DNA of 64,000 bases from Candidatus Poribacteria bacterium (GCA_963665235.2 CAXXLX010000002.1:704001-768000); one strand, 5' to 3'. Shown: positions 11,296 to 22,198, numbered from the stretch's first letter. Program-made: numbers and translations. The notes: generated from the letters alone by a model not told the origin.

Positions 11296-11367
11296 TTAGT
11301 GAAAACGGACATTTATTTCCAAACTCACGTTTAAGTACAAAAACTTTACACACCCCCAAGATTAGGG

Positions 11368-11621
11368 CAGGGTTATTTAGTTCTCCATATTTTCCTCCGG
11401 TTTTTGAAGACTGCTCTTTCTTTTGTAGGAGCGAGCTGTGCTCGCGATATTAGGGGCGGGCTGCTGGTTTCCCAAATACGGGCACTAATGGGTTTCCTAT
11501 ATTGCGACACACCTCGTTTGTCCGTGTCCATCCGTGATATAACGTGTCGCGTGCAAAGCACGCTCCTACAGAGAAACATATACACATATATAAAGTAAAT
11601 CTGAAAAACTAAATGGCCCTG
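11368..11621. mobile_element. MITE with CAGGG..ATTTAGTT TIRs and an internal GTAG-type REP
   Basis: 13/15 IR; related short copy at 59944-59983; internal segment repeated at about 27051-27135. Confidence 0.6.
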
Positions 11622-11753
11622 ACAAACCGATCCATTTTCCTTGATCTCACAACTTTTTAATGATATACTGAACAGTGGTATCCTCTCTTACTTAGAAAGG
11701 ATAACATTTTTCTATACCGCAACTGTCTGTCCTTAGACAAGGAGAAGTTTTGG

Positions 11754-13214
11754 ATGAATACCAGCTCATTTCCGATTTTCCCGATGTTGCTTATCATTTT
11801 AAGCTTATGCCTATCGTGTGGCTCAAGGGGACATCTACAAGATAGAGGTAACCAGAACAATTCTGTCCAGAATTACACACAACTAGATTTACGTCGGGGA
11901 ATTATAGGCAAAGGTTGGATAAATGACATCCAATATTCACCAGACGGTACTCGACTCGCTGTTGCTGGTTACGCAGGTATTTGGATATATGATACCGGAA
12001 GCTATCGAGAACTCGCCTTGCTAACTAAAAACACTGGGGAGGTTAAAAGCGTTTCCTTCAGTTCAGATGGGCGAACCCTTGCATCTGGAAGCGAAAATGG
12101 CGCGATACAGTTGTGGGATACAGTCACCGGTAAACACCGTAAAACATTTACGCAGCATACCGGAGAGGTAAAAAGTGTCCGCTTCAGCCCAGATGGACGG
12201 ACTCTTGCAAGTACAGGTAGTATAAGAGAAGGACGGTTTGCTGAGGGTAAGTGGGAAAACAAAATCCATCTGTGGGATACAGTCATAGGTGCACGTCTGG
12301 AAACATTCCAGGTGAATGGGGAGTATGTTATCGGGACCACCTTTAGTTCAGACGGGCGGATATTAGTAAGTGCAAGTATTGATGGGATGGTGCGTCTGCG
12401 GAACATAGGTAAAAATCAACGGCGCACTATAGACACTGCCTATATGTCTCGTACCGAGCGTATTATTGCGGTAGACTTCAGTCCGGATGGCCGAATCCTT
12501 GCAAGCGGATATGATAACGGGGCAATCCGATTATCGAATATCGTTACAGGTGAACGCAATCAAATGATCATAGGATATACAGATGCCGTCATGACGCTCC
12601 GTTTCAGTCCGGATGGACAAACCCTCGCAAGCGGATATGATGATGGCGCAATCCGATTATGGAATGTCGTTACAGGTGAACGCTCTCAAATAATCATAGG
12701 ACATACAGAGACCATCACGACACTCTGTTTCAGTCCGGATGGACAAACCCTCGCAAGCGCAAGTAAAGATAACACACTACGGATTTGGAATACTGTTGCA
12801 GGTACGCCGCTCAAAACACTCACAGGGTACACAGGCCGGATATGGAGTGTTTGTTTGAATACAGACGGAAAAATTCTTGCAAGTACGACAAGGAACAGAA
12901 CAATTCATCTATGGGATACTGTTACAGGCATGCATCTCAAAACACTCACCGATTCCAAGAAAGATAGATTTGGCTATTATTATAGCAGCTGCTTCAGTCC
13001 CGATGGGCAGAAACTTGCCAGTGGGAGCTCGGATGGCACAATTCAGGTGTGGGATGTTGCAACTGGTCGACAAATAAGGCTACTCTCTAAAGACAAACAT
13101 GATTTCTACTCGGTTGCATACTCACCGGATGGGCAGCTCCTCGCTAGTGGAAGCAGCGATGGAACAATTTTGATTTGGGATATTATCACCGGTAAGCACA
13201 TAATACCAAATTAA
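11754..13214 (+). CDS. WD40-repeat protein, probably exported or lipoprotein
   Basis: About 9 repeats of FSPDG.TLASGS.DG.I.LWD; hydrophobic N-terminus with Cys; AAGGAG SD. Confidence 0.92.
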   Translation: MNTSSFPIFPMLLIILSLCLSCGSRGHLQDRGNQNNSVQNYTQLDLRRGIIGKGWINDIQYSPDGTRLAVAGYAGIWIYDTGSYRELALLTKNTGEVKSVSFSSDGRTLASGSENGAIQLWDTVTGKHRKTFTQHTGEVKSVRFSPDGRTLASTGSIREGRFAEGKWENKIHLWDTVIGARLETFQVNGEYVIGTTFSSDGRILVSASIDGMVRLRNIGKNQRRTIDTAYMSRTERIIAVDFSPDGRILASGYDNGAIRLSNIVTGERNQMIIGYTDAVMTLRFSPDGQTLASGYDDGAIRLWNVVTGERSQIIIGHTETITTLCFSPDGQTLASASKDNTLRIWNTVAGTPLKTLTGYTGRIWSVCLNTDGKILASTTRNRTIHLWDTVTGMHLKTLTDSKKDRFGYYYSSCFSPDGQKLASGSSDGTIQVWDVATGRQIRLLSKDKHDFYSVAYSPDGQLLASGSSDGTILIWDIITGKHIIPN

Positions 13215-13268
13215 CACAATTCGTCTCGTTCCACTCTTCCGCTCCAGCGGAGCGAATGAATTTGGTAT
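13203..13268. mobile_element. Small MITE (ATACCAAATT TIRs) with GCTCC-AGC-GGAGC hairpin
   Basis: 10-bp IR; inverted homolog at 44499-44589. Confidence 0.65.
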
Positions 13269-13492
13269 TAGCTCCATCCGGGCGAAATGTTTCATGCACG
13301 AAAACCTCTTCTTTCCGCGTTCTCCGCGTTCTCCGTGCCTTCCGCGATTTGCGGCGTACTCGCCCAAATGCGACGTGCATTCAGACAACACACGCGCGAA
13401 ATCTATCCTTCCCCCCTTCCAATCTTCCATCCTTCCCTCTATCATAGTACAAAAACTTTACACACCCCAATTGCTACTTTTATTTGCACATA

Positions 13493-13733
13493 ACGTGAGC
13501 TTGATAATAAATGTCCATTTGCACTAACCTCTATAAAGATATCGTCCTTAAAGAGCGGGCTGCTTGCCCGAATACTGGGACTAAGAGACAGTGTGGAAAC
13601 GTCCGCTTCTATAAAGATATCGTCTCTATAGGACTAAGAGGCGGTGCGGTAACCGTTGCTTCATAAACATATCGTCCCTAAAGATCAAGCTGTTTGCCAG
13701 AATACTAGGGGAAAACTTTTTCCAAACTCACGT
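13493..13733. mobile_element. MITE with ACGTGAG TIRs, internal REP units and 9-bp target duplication
   Basis: TTGCACATA at 13484-13492 and 13734-13742; related ends at about 11320-11331 and 49843. Confidence 0.75.
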
Positions 13734-13836
13734 TTGCACATATTTCATTTTTATGGTAAATTACGTGACATATTAAGAGCTTACGGTTTATACTTAAAGT
13801 ATTCCGCGTTTACTTGCAAGGAGGAAAATTTCCAAA

Positions 13837-16800
13837 ATGTTTAGGACAGGCCGAAAAACAGAGCTATTTTCGTTGATGCAATTAGGCAAAGGCTTCCTAT
13901 ACCTTTTACCGATTGTGCTGTTGATGATAACAACACTACAGGTCGCCAATGCCGTTGATAAACTCCAATTCGACAGGGATATTCGTCCCATCTTGTCTGA
14001 TAAATGCTACGCGTGCCACGGGCCGGACCCCGCAACACGACAAGCTAACCTACGACTTGACACCAAGGAGGGGGCATTCTCTGACCCGAGTGGCTACCCC
14101 ATTATTGTCCCCGGCGAGCCGGAGAATAGCGAATTGGTGCGGCGTATAACACACGAGAACCTAGATGAACGCATGCCTCCACAAATCTCCAATCGGCAAC
14201 CCACACAGGAGCAGATTGACACGCTAATCCGATGGGTTGCCGAGGGGGCGGAATGGGAGGAACATTGGGCATATAATTCCCCCAAACGCGCTGAACAACC
14301 CGCAGTTAAAAATGCCGATTGGATTCGTAATCCGATTGATGCGTTTATTCTCGGTCGGTTAGAGGCTGAAGGGCTTGAACCGTCCCCTGCAGCTGATAAG
14401 CGGACCCTCATCCGTCGCCTACACTTCGACCTAACCGGCTTACTACCAACCCCCGGAGAGGTGGAGCAGTTCGTAAGAGATAAGCACCCGGAAGCTTATC
14501 AGACGCTAATCAACCGGCTGCTTTCTGCCCCACAATACGGCGAACGGATGGCAATCTACTGGCTTGATTTAGTGCGGTACGCCGATACAAGCGGCTACCA
14601 TTCGGATGAGAACGTTAACGTTTGGCCCTATCGAGACTACGTGATTAAGGCATTTAATGAAAACATGCCGTTCCACGAATTTACGCTTGAGAATCTCGCC
14701 GGGGACCTGCTGTCAAATGCCACGTCAGCGCAGAAAGTCGCCTCCGGGTACAACAGGTTAAATCAAACAACGGCTGAAGGTGGCGCGCAAGCGAAAGAAT
14801 ACCTGGCAATTTATGCAGCGGACCGAGTACGAACGACTGCCTCTGTCTGGTTAGGCGCGACGCTCGGATGCGCGCAATGCCACGACCATAAATTTGACCC
14901 ATACACCGCAAAAGATTTTTACAGCTTCGCCGCCTTCTTCGCTGATGTTGAGGGCCCCGGTGTCTATCGAGGTGGAAGCAGATGGGAGCCTGTCGTCATG
15001 TTACCCACATCGGAACAACAAGCTGAATTGCAAGAAATTGACGAAGAATTAGTCAGATTGCGGGAAGTCTTTCAACTGCCATCGCCCGGTTTGCAAGCGG
15101 AACAGGCAGCGTGGGAAGCGGAGACGCGCACACTTCTACAATCAACGGAACCCGCCGATTTCGCATGGGTCGACGACGCACAATCTAACGGGGGCAGAAC
15201 GGAAGGCACATGGAAATTTGTCAATAAAAACGAAGCACCCGTTTTCAGCAAAGAACGGTCACGGATACAGACTGCAGCACCGGAACAGCTTGTCCAGCAC
15301 GCCTTCCGGGGCGCGAATAGAAAAGTCACACTTGCTGAAGGCGATAAGCTCTTCGCTTACGTCTGGCTAGACCCCGAAACACCTCCTAAAACTATCATGC
15401 TACAGTGGAATGACGGGTCTTGGGACCACCGCGCGTTCTGGGGTGAAGACAAAATTACCTACGGTGATATAGGAGCTGACACCCCCGCCCACAAACCGAT
15501 GGGTGTTCTGCCCAACCTTGGCGAATGGATACGGCTTGAAGTTGACCCCGCAGTGGTCGGCTTGAAAGCGGGAAGTGTTCTCAACGGGATGGCATTCACA
15601 CAGTTCGGCGGGAAAGCCTATTGGGATGTCGCAGGTGTCGCAACCACCATAGGTGTAGTGACAAGAAATAGTCACGACGGGGCAGTCATTAACGCAATTC
15701 AGGTCGACCCCTTCGTCCGAACGACAAACCAACGGAAACGAATCGAAGACTACTATCGACGCATCGCGCCCGCACTTGACGGTATCCGAAATCAGATGGC
15801 AGCCCTGGAGAAACGGAAGACTGACATCAGAGGACAAAGCGCGTACTCTCTAACAACCGTTTCCGGTCAACCTCGGACAACCCGTATCCTGCCGAGAGGC
15901 AACTGGCTGGACGATTCAGGCGAAATCGTTGAACCGATGATACCCGAATTCATGGGTGACCTCGGTATCAAAAACCGCCGCCCAACCCGACTTGACCTCG
16001 CAAAATGGGTAGTTTCACGGAATAATCCACTAACCGCACGCACGTTTGTCAACCGACTCTGGGCACTTTTCTTCGGAACAGGCATCTCCCGCGTCCTTGA
16101 CGACCTCGGCGCACAAGGTGAACCCCCAGTGCATTCCGAACTTCTCGATTGGCTGGCTGTGGAGTTTATGGAAAGTGACTGGAACGTCAAACACATTGTC
16201 AAACTCATCGTCACTTCAAACGCCTATCGACAGGCATCCGTGCCGAACGATGTCCTGCATGAAAAAGACCCATACAACCGCCTCGTTGCACGGCAGTCGC
16301 GGTGGCGACTCGATGCAGAAATTGTACGCGACAATGCCCTCCTACTGAGTGGACTTCTCGTTTCCAAAATAGGCGGACCAAGTGTTAGACCCTATCAACC
16401 GAGCGGCTACTATTCAAACCTGAACTTTCCCAAACGCAGATATGTCCATGACACGGGGGCAGATCAATACCGCCGAGGGCTTTATACCCACTGGCAGCGG
16501 ACATTCTTGCACCCAAGCATGATGGCTTTTGACGCACCGAGCCGACAGGAATGCACAGCGGAAAGATCAGCTTCTAATACACCGATGCAAGCACTGACCC
16601 TGCTCAATGATCCGACCTATGTTGAAACAGCTCGAGTCTTTGCTGCGCGAATTTTCAAAGAGGGAGGGAAAACCCCCACGGACCGTATCCAGTGGGCTTT
16701 CCATCGCGCCCTGTCACGGCTACCACAACCCAATGAGTTAGAGATTATGACACGGTTATACGAAAAACATAAAACCGAATACACCGGTAATGTAGATGCG

Positions 16801-16926
16801 GCGAAGGCATTAGCAGCAACAGGCGAATCCCCCGCAACACAGGGAATTGAGCCTATCGAACTTGCAGCGTGGACCTCTGTCGCACGGGTGATTTTGAACT
16901 TGCACGAAACGATTACACGGTATTGA
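13837..16926 (+). CDS. Planctomycete cytochrome c / DUF1549 / DUF1553 protein
   Basis: CYACH, CAQCHDHKFDP, WLDLVRYAD, NPLTARTFVNRLW, NTPMQAL, LNLHETIT. Confidence 0.93.
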   Translation: MFRTGRKTELFSLMQLGKGFLYLLPIVLLMITTLQVANAVDKLQFDRDIRPILSDKCYACHGPDPATRQANLRLDTKEGAFSDPSGYPIIVPGEPENSELVRRITHENLDERMPPQISNRQPTQEQIDTLIRWVAEGAEWEEHWAYNSPKRAEQPAVKNADWIRNPIDAFILGRLEAEGLEPSPAADKRTLIRRLHFDLTGLLPTPGEVEQFVRDKHPEAYQTLINRLLSAPQYGERMAIYWLDLVRYADTSGYHSDENVNVWPYRDYVIKAFNENMPFHEFTLENLAGDLLSNATSAQKVASGYNRLNQTTAEGGAQAKEYLAIYAADRVRTTASVWLGATLGCAQCHDHKFDPYTAKDFYSFAAFFADVEGPGVYRGGSRWEPVVMLPTSEQQAELQEIDEELVRLREVFQLPSPGLQAEQAAWEAETRTLLQSTEPADFAWVDDAQSNGGRTEGTWKFVNKNEAPVFSKERSRIQTAAPEQLVQHAFRGANRKVTLAEGDKLFAYVWLDPETPPKTIMLQWNDGSWDHRAFWGEDKITYGDIGADTPAHKPMGVLPNLGEWIRLEVDPAVVGLKAGSVLNGMAFTQFGGKAYWDVAGVATTIGVVTRNSHDGAVINAIQVDPFVRTTNQRKRIEDYYRRIAPALDGIRNQMAALEKRKTDIRGQSAYSLTTVSGQPRTTRILPRGNWLDDSGEIVEPMIPEFMGDLGIKNRRPTRLDLAKWVVSRNNPLTARTFVNRLWALFFGTGISRVLDDLGAQGEPPVHSELLDWLAVEFMESDWNVKHIVKLIVTSNAYRQASVPNDVLHEKDPYNRLVARQSRWRLDAEIVRDNALLLSGLLVSKIGGPSVRPYQPSGYYSNLNFPKRRYVHDTGADQYRRGLYTHWQRTFLHPSMMAFDAPSRQECTAERSASNTPMQALTLLNDPTYVETARVFAARIFKEGGKTPTDRIQWAFHRALSRLPQPNELEIMTRLYEKHKTEYTGNVDAAKALAATGESPATQGIEPIELAAWTSVARVILNLHETITRY

Positions 16927-16993
16927 ATTGGCTAATGGCTGTTGGCTAATGGCAATTAACCAACAGCCAGCGTTGCCACAGGAGGACTTAGAT

Positions 16994-18436
16994 ATGCCGA
17001 TAGATATTCATCATGAGGAAACCAAACTTCGCCTTACAAGGCGCACCTTCTTAGGGAAAACAGTGCGCGGCATCGGGTCGCTTGCGCTCGCATCCCTACT
17101 CACGCCATCTTTGCTAGAGGCTGCACCACAGATTGAACGATGGCCCGGAATCATTACCGAACCGCATGTACCGCCTAAAGCGAAACGGATTATCCACCTT
17201 TGCATGGCAGGCGGCCCCTCACACCTAGAGACCTTAGATTACAAACCGAAACTCGCGGAAATGCACGGCAAACCGATGCCGCAATCGTTCACTAAAGGGC
17301 AACCGATTGCCCAACTCCAGGGACAAGCAAATTCGCTCAAATGCCTCGGGCCCACACACGAATTTAAAAAGTGGGGAGAATCGGGACAGGAGATGAGCAC
17401 CGCTTTTCCACACATCGGCAGTCTTGCAGATGATATCTGTATCGTGCGCTCATTACGCACCGAGCAGATTAATCACGACCCCGCGCACACCTTTATGAAT
17501 ACTGGCACTGCTATTTCTGGCAGACCCAGCATGGGCTCCTGGTTGCTATACGGGCTCGGCAGTGAAAATGAAAACCTGCCCGGTTACGTCGTACTTATCT
17601 CCTCCGGGGGCGGACAAGACCAACCGATTGCAACGCGGCAATGGCATAGTGGCTTCCTGCCCGGTCAATTTCAAGGCGTTCAATTCCATTCCAGCGGCGA
17701 TCCGGTCCACTATGTCTCTAGCCCAGGCGGTGTCAGTCATGAACAGCAGCGTGACGTTGTAGATGCCGTGCAGAACTTGAACGGTATATTGAATGAAACA
17801 GTAGATGATCCGACGATTGCAACGCGTATCAATCAGTATGAGATGGCATTCCGCATGCAAACGAGTGTCCCTGAATTAACCGACATCTCTCAAGAGCCGC
17901 AGCATATTCTTGATATGTATGGCGCAAAGCCGGGGGATGGCTCGTACGCCTCGAACTGTCTACTTGCCCGAAGATTAGCAGAACGCGGCGTGAGGTTTAT
18001 CCAACTCTACCATCGCGGCTGGGACCATCATGGGGGCATTCAGAACGCCATCAAGACAACTGCCGGCTATGTTGATAAAGCCACAGCAGCCCTCATTAAT
18101 GATCTGAAACAGCGTGGTATGTTAGAGGATACCTTAGTTATCTGGGGCGGAGAATTCGGTAGAACCCCCATGGCACAAGGCAGCGGACGCGACCATCACA
18201 TCAAAGGATTCTCAATGTGGATGGCAGGCGGCGGTGTCAAAGGCGGAATTAGCTACGGTAACACCGATGAACTCGGTTACAATGCCGTTGAAAACATCGT
18301 GCACGTCCACGACTTCCACGCCACAATGCTACATCTATTCGGCATTGACCACGAAAAATTGATATACCGTTTCCAAGGCCGAGATTTCCGTCTCACTGAC
18401 GTACACGGGCACGTTGTTCGCGACATTTTGGCTTAA
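16994..18436 (+). CDS. DUF1501 domain protein (Tat-like RR motif)
   Basis: TRRTFL, GGPSHLET, GWDHH, WGGEFGRTP, RLTDVHG; GGAGG SD before the ATG at 16994. Confidence 0.93.
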   Translation: MPIDIHHEETKLRLTRRTFLGKTVRGIGSLALASLLTPSLLEAAPQIERWPGIITEPHVPPKAKRIIHLCMAGGPSHLETLDYKPKLAEMHGKPMPQSFTKGQPIAQLQGQANSLKCLGPTHEFKKWGESGQEMSTAFPHIGSLADDICIVRSLRTEQINHDPAHTFMNTGTAISGRPSMGSWLLYGLGSENENLPGYVVLISSGGGQDQPIATRQWHSGFLPGQFQGVQFHSSGDPVHYVSSPGGVSHEQQRDVVDAVQNLNGILNETVDDPTIATRINQYEMAFRMQTSVPELTDISQEPQHILDMYGAKPGDGSYASNCLLARRLAERGVRFIQLYHRGWDHHGGIQNAIKTTAGYVDKATAALINDLKQRGMLEDTLVIWGGEFGRTPMAQGSGRDHHIKGFSMWMAGGGVKGGISYGNTDELGYNAVENIVHVHDFHATMLHLFGIDHEKLIYRFQGRDFRLTDVHGHVVRDILA

Positions 18437-18475
18437 GATAAACTGCACGCTCCACTGTGGCAACAGCCAAAAACT

Positions 18476-18757
18476 ATGAACACTAAACCGATTCAACTCC
18501 AATTCTACACGAAACCGGAGTGCCCACTCTGCGACGAAGCAAAATCGACACTAGAGAGAATCAAGCATAAATTCGCGTTTGTTGTTGTAGAGGAGATTGA
18601 CATCACGAAAAACCTGGGACTGTTCACAAAGTATAAACTGATGATTCCGGTGCTTGAGCTGAACGGAAAACAGCTTTTTGCCCATCACATTGACACAAAA
18701 AAGTTGGAATGGCAGCTAAGATGGTACCAGTTTCGGCAACGTTTCTTGAAGAACTAA
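18476..18757 (+). CDS. Glutaredoxin-like protein (DUF836 type)
   Basis: YTKPECPLCD and IPV motifs. Confidence 0.85.
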   Translation: MNTKPIQLQFYTKPECPLCDEAKSTLERIKHKFAFVVVEEIDITKNLGLFTKYKLMIPVLELNGKQLFAHHIDTKKLEWQLRWYQFRQRFLKN

Positions 18758-18770
18758 GCGGGAGAACGAG

Positions 18771-19220
18771 ATGGACCATCCAAAACATATTGTCGCTGTC
18801 TCTGGACTGGTAAGTCATCCGAACGGTGACATCCTGCTTATACGAGGTCCCCGCCGCGGCTGGGAATTCCCAGGCGGTCAGGTCGAAGAGGGTGAAAATC
18901 TCATTGAGGCACTGCAACGCGAAATTTTAGAGGAGACCGGTGTTACGGCATCCATTGGGGCTCTGGTTGGCATCTATTCGAACATAAAACCGCCTACAAA
19001 AGTGATGTTCGGTTTCCTAGGCGATTACGTTCGCGGCGAATTGACCACCAGCGATGAGAGTCTGGAAACCGAATGGGTTGCACGGAATACCGCTTTGCAA
19101 CGCGTATCAAATCCTGCTATCTATGACCGAATGAAAGATAAACTCAACTTTTCGGGACGTATCATTTACCGCGTTTACACGACGCATCCCTATCAGGTTT
19201 ATCAACAACATTTTCTGTAA
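18771..19220 (+). CDS. NUDIX hydrolase
   Basis: GGQVEEGENLIEALQREILEETG Nudix box. Confidence 0.92.
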   Translation: MDHPKHIVAVSGLVSHPNGDILLIRGPRRGWEFPGGQVEEGENLIEALQREILEETGVTASIGALVGIYSNIKPPTKVMFGFLGDYVRGELTTSDESLETEWVARNTALQRVSNPAIYDRMKDKLNFSGRIIYRVYTTHPYQVYQQHFL

Positions 19221-19289
19221 ATCGGAACGGGTGATAAATCACCCTACTACAAACATAATTGCCAATTTCGCCAAGAGCTAATTGCTAAC

Positions 19290-20375
19290 ATGAAAGGAGA
19301 AAGCGTGAAAGAGATTCGTGTCTTAAGAAATTTTGTTCTTTTTGGATTAGGATTACTATTAATTTGTGGGTGTGAGCGGATGCAGGGAGCAATACCCCCC
19401 GACCCTTCAGATGGTATGGGAAGCACACCGCTCCGCGTAACAATGGTATATCCAAACGATTGTGTCGGTACAGCAGCGTATTGTGACGGTTTTCATATCG
19501 GCGTAACAGCTGCTAAAGAAAAGCTGGGGATTATCCTTAGCGAAGTAAACGGTATGGAAAATGACCCTGTGGCGACAGAAAAGGTAGTCAGAACAGCCGC
19601 ACAAAATTCAAACCTCGTTCTCGCAGCAGGTTATCAATTGGGAGAGGTAATCGCGCGTGTCGCCCCCGAATTTCCCGATGTCCAATTCGCCATCTTTGAC
19701 GTTGTCCTCGATATTCCGAACGTAGCCTCTGTGAACTACAAAGCCAACGAAGGCTCATTTTTAGTAGGCGCGATTGCCGCTTTAAAATCGGAAAGTGGAA
19801 AAATCGGTTTCATCGGCGGCGTTGATGTTCCTCTAATACATGAATTTGAAGCCGGGTATATCGCTGGAATTCAGTCCATCAATCCGGACGCTGACATCTC
19901 TGTTGAATACATCAGCGAGGATGTAACAGGTTTCGTCCAACCGGACAGGGCAAAAGCGATGGCATTGGCACAATATGCAAACGGCGTTGATGTTATCTAC
20001 GTCGCTGCTGGCGGCTCTGGACAGGGTGTCCTTGAAGCAGCACAACAACAGCAAAAATATATCATCTGGGTTGACTCCAACGGAAATCATCTCGCCCCGG
20101 GCGTAGTCCTCACAAGTATGGCAAAAGAGCTTCCGGCATCGGTGCAGCGCATCATTCGAGAAACCATCGAAGGCAATTTTATGGCAGGTACCCGTTATTT
20201 CGGACTTGAAGATGGGGGAGTTTACTACGCTGTAGATGAACACAACCGCTCCCTGCTTTCGGACGACATCATTGCAACAGTTGAATCGCTAAAAGCGAAA
20301 GTTATCGCAGGGGAGATTGTCGTTCCTGACACCATTTCACTCCCGCGTCGCGGGAATAGACAGGAGAGGATATGA
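19290..20375 (+). CDS. BMP-family ABC substrate-binding lipoprotein, copy 1 (start may be the GTG at 19305)
   Basis: Lipobox LICGC; GKIGFIGG, GVDVIY, VLTSMAK. Confidence 0.9.
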   Translation: MKGESVKEIRVLRNFVLFGLGLLLICGCERMQGAIPPDPSDGMGSTPLRVTMVYPNDCVGTAAYCDGFHIGVTAAKEKLGIILSEVNGMENDPVATEKVVRTAAQNSNLVLAAGYQLGEVIARVAPEFPDVQFAIFDVVLDIPNVASVNYKANEGSFLVGAIAALKSESGKIGFIGGVDVPLIHEFEAGYIAGIQSINPDADISVEYISEDVTGFVQPDRAKAMALAQYANGVDVIYVAAGGSGQGVLEAAQQQQKYIIWVDSNGNHLAPGVVLTSMAKELPASVQRIIRETIEGNFMAGTRYFGLEDGGVYYAVDEHNRSLLSDDIIATVESLKAKVIAGEIVVPDTISLPRRGNRQERI

Positions 20376-21426
20376 AAGAAACTTGTATCTTAAAGCGTTT
20401 GGTTTGGTTCTGTTGGGTTTGGGATTGCTATTAATTTGTGGGTGTGAGCGGATGCAGGCAGTAATACCCCCCGAACCCTCGGATGGTATAGGAAACACAC
20501 CGCTTCGCGTAACAATGGTATATCCGAGCGATTGTGTCGGCACCTCGGCTTACTGTGACGGTTTTCATACCGGCGTAACAGCCGCTGAAGAAAAGCTGGG
20601 GATTATCCTTAGCGAAGTAAACGGTATGGAAAGCGAGCCTGTGACTACGGAGAGGGTAGTCAGAGCAGCCGCACAAAATTCAGACCTCGTTCTGGCAGCA
20701 AGTTATCAATTCAGTGCGGTAATCGTGCGTGTCGCCCCTGAATTTCCCGATGTCCAATTTGCTATTTTTGACGCTATCGTTGATATTCCGAACGTGGCCT
20801 CCGTGAACTACAAATCTAATGGCGGGTCATTTTTGGTTGGGGCAATTGCCGCTTTAAAATCGGAAAGTGGAAAAATCGGTTTCATCGGCGCGGTTGATGC
20901 CCCCTTAGTCCACGAATTTGAAGCCGGGTATATTGCTGGAATTCAGACTATCAATCCGGACGCTGACATCTCTGTTGAGTATATTAGCGAGGATGTAACA
21001 GGTTTCGTCCAACCGGACAAGGCAAAAACGATGGCATTGGCACAATATGCAAACGGCGTTGATGTCATTTACGCGCCCGCTGGCAGCTCTGCCCAGGGAA
21101 TCCTTGAAGCAGCACAACAACAGCAAAAATATATCATCTGGGTTGACTCCAACGGAAATCATCTCGCCCCGGGCGTAGTCCTCACAAGTATGGCAAAAGA
21201 GCTTCCGGCATCGGTGCAGCGTATCATTCGAGAAACCGTCGAAGGCAATTTTATAGCGGGGCCCCGTTATTTCGGTCTTGAAAATGGGGGAGTTTACTAC
21301 GCTGTAGATGAACACAACCGCTCCCTGCTTTCGGACGACATCATTGCAACAGTTGAATCGCTAAAAGCAAAAATTATCGCGGGTGAGATTGTCGTTCCTG
21401 ACACCATTTCGCTCCCGCGGGAATAG
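20372..21426 (+). CDS. BMP-family lipoprotein, tandem copy 2; ATG at 20372 is frameshifted, alternative TTG at 20383
   Basis: Near-identical to copy 1; TTTGG duplicated at 20398-20407. Confidence 0.8.
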
Positions 21427-21444
21427 AATGGAAAAGGAGGGTTC

Positions 21445-21831
21445 ATGCGTAATCTATATCCGCATCCAGTGTATGAAGGTAAACGTAGTATTGCCGTCGG
21501 CGTTTTGGCAACTTTAATCACTTGTGGTATCTATGGGCTCTACTGGCAATACAAGCAGATAGATACCCTCAACGCCTGGTTGAAAAGAAACGAATATTCT
21601 TTTTGGCTATGGCTTTTTCTTACGATACTCACCTGTGGTATTTTCGGGATTTATTATGAATATAAGCTGGCAACCGGCATCAATGAGATACAGTCTAACA
21701 ACGGTGTGTTAATAGATCCGAATCTGCCAATCCTTTGTGTCCTGTTAGCACTATTTGGAGTAGGTATCGCCTCACTTGCTATTCAGCAATACCATATCAA
21801 CAAACTCTACGGAGACACCTCCGATGGTTAA
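21445..21831 (+). CDS. DUF4234-type membrane protein
   Basis: Two ITCGIY/LTCGIF motifs; AAGGAGG SD. Confidence 0.8.
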   Translation: MRNLYPHPVYEGKRSIAVGVLATLITCGIYGLYWQYKQIDTLNAWLKRNEYSFWLWLFLTILTCGIFGIYYEYKLATGINEIQSNNGVLIDPNLPILCVLLALFGVGIASLAIQQYHINKLYGDTSDG

Positions 21832-22198
21832 TCCTATTTTTCTTGCGCGTTTTTTTCTGCTCGGGTTAGGCGTTATAGCAATTTACATGGCGGTGTTAGG
21901 AAAATCGCCGGAGGAGATTTCATTAGTACCATGTCCATTTCATTCTATAACCGATGTTCCGTGCCCTGGGTGCGGAATGACGCGTGCATGTATCGCGCTA
22001 ACACATGTCAATTTCGCCGATGCTTGGCATTATCATCCGTTCGCCTTTTTAGTTGTTGGGTTAGCCATCGGGGGCACCTTCTTCCCCTTGCAGCTAAAAA
22101 AGGCTTGGAATCGCACCGAGCCTCTATCTCGAAATATCGTTATCACTATTGGGATTTTCCTTTGTCTATCGTTGTGGGTGTATAAGCTCTGCACTTAG
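21824..22198 (+). CDS. DUF2752-type membrane protein
   Basis: CPF...PCPGCGMTRA...YHP. Confidence 0.85.
   Translation: MVNPIFLARFFLLGLGVIAIYMAVLGKSPEEISLVPCPFHSITDVPCPGCGMTRACIALTHVNFADAWHYHPFAFLVVGLAIGGTFFPLQLKKAWNRTEPLSRNIVITIGIFLCLSLWVYKLCT

Larger units (their letters stand above)
9894..11355. mobile_element. Non-autonomous composite element with 21-bp TIRs and 9-bp target duplication (IS256-like ends)
   Basis: GGGTGTGTAAAGTTTTTGTAC at 9894-9914 and its perfect inverse at 11335-11355; CCAAGATTA at 9885-9893 and 11356-11364. Confidence 0.85.

Noticed and set aside
13122-13844. Several short ORFs
   Set aside because: They lie within repeat/MITE DNA with no coding signal
19290-21426. Diversity-generating retroelement template/variable pair
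   Set aside because: Whole-gene duplication, differences are not adenine-specific, and there is no reverse transcriptase
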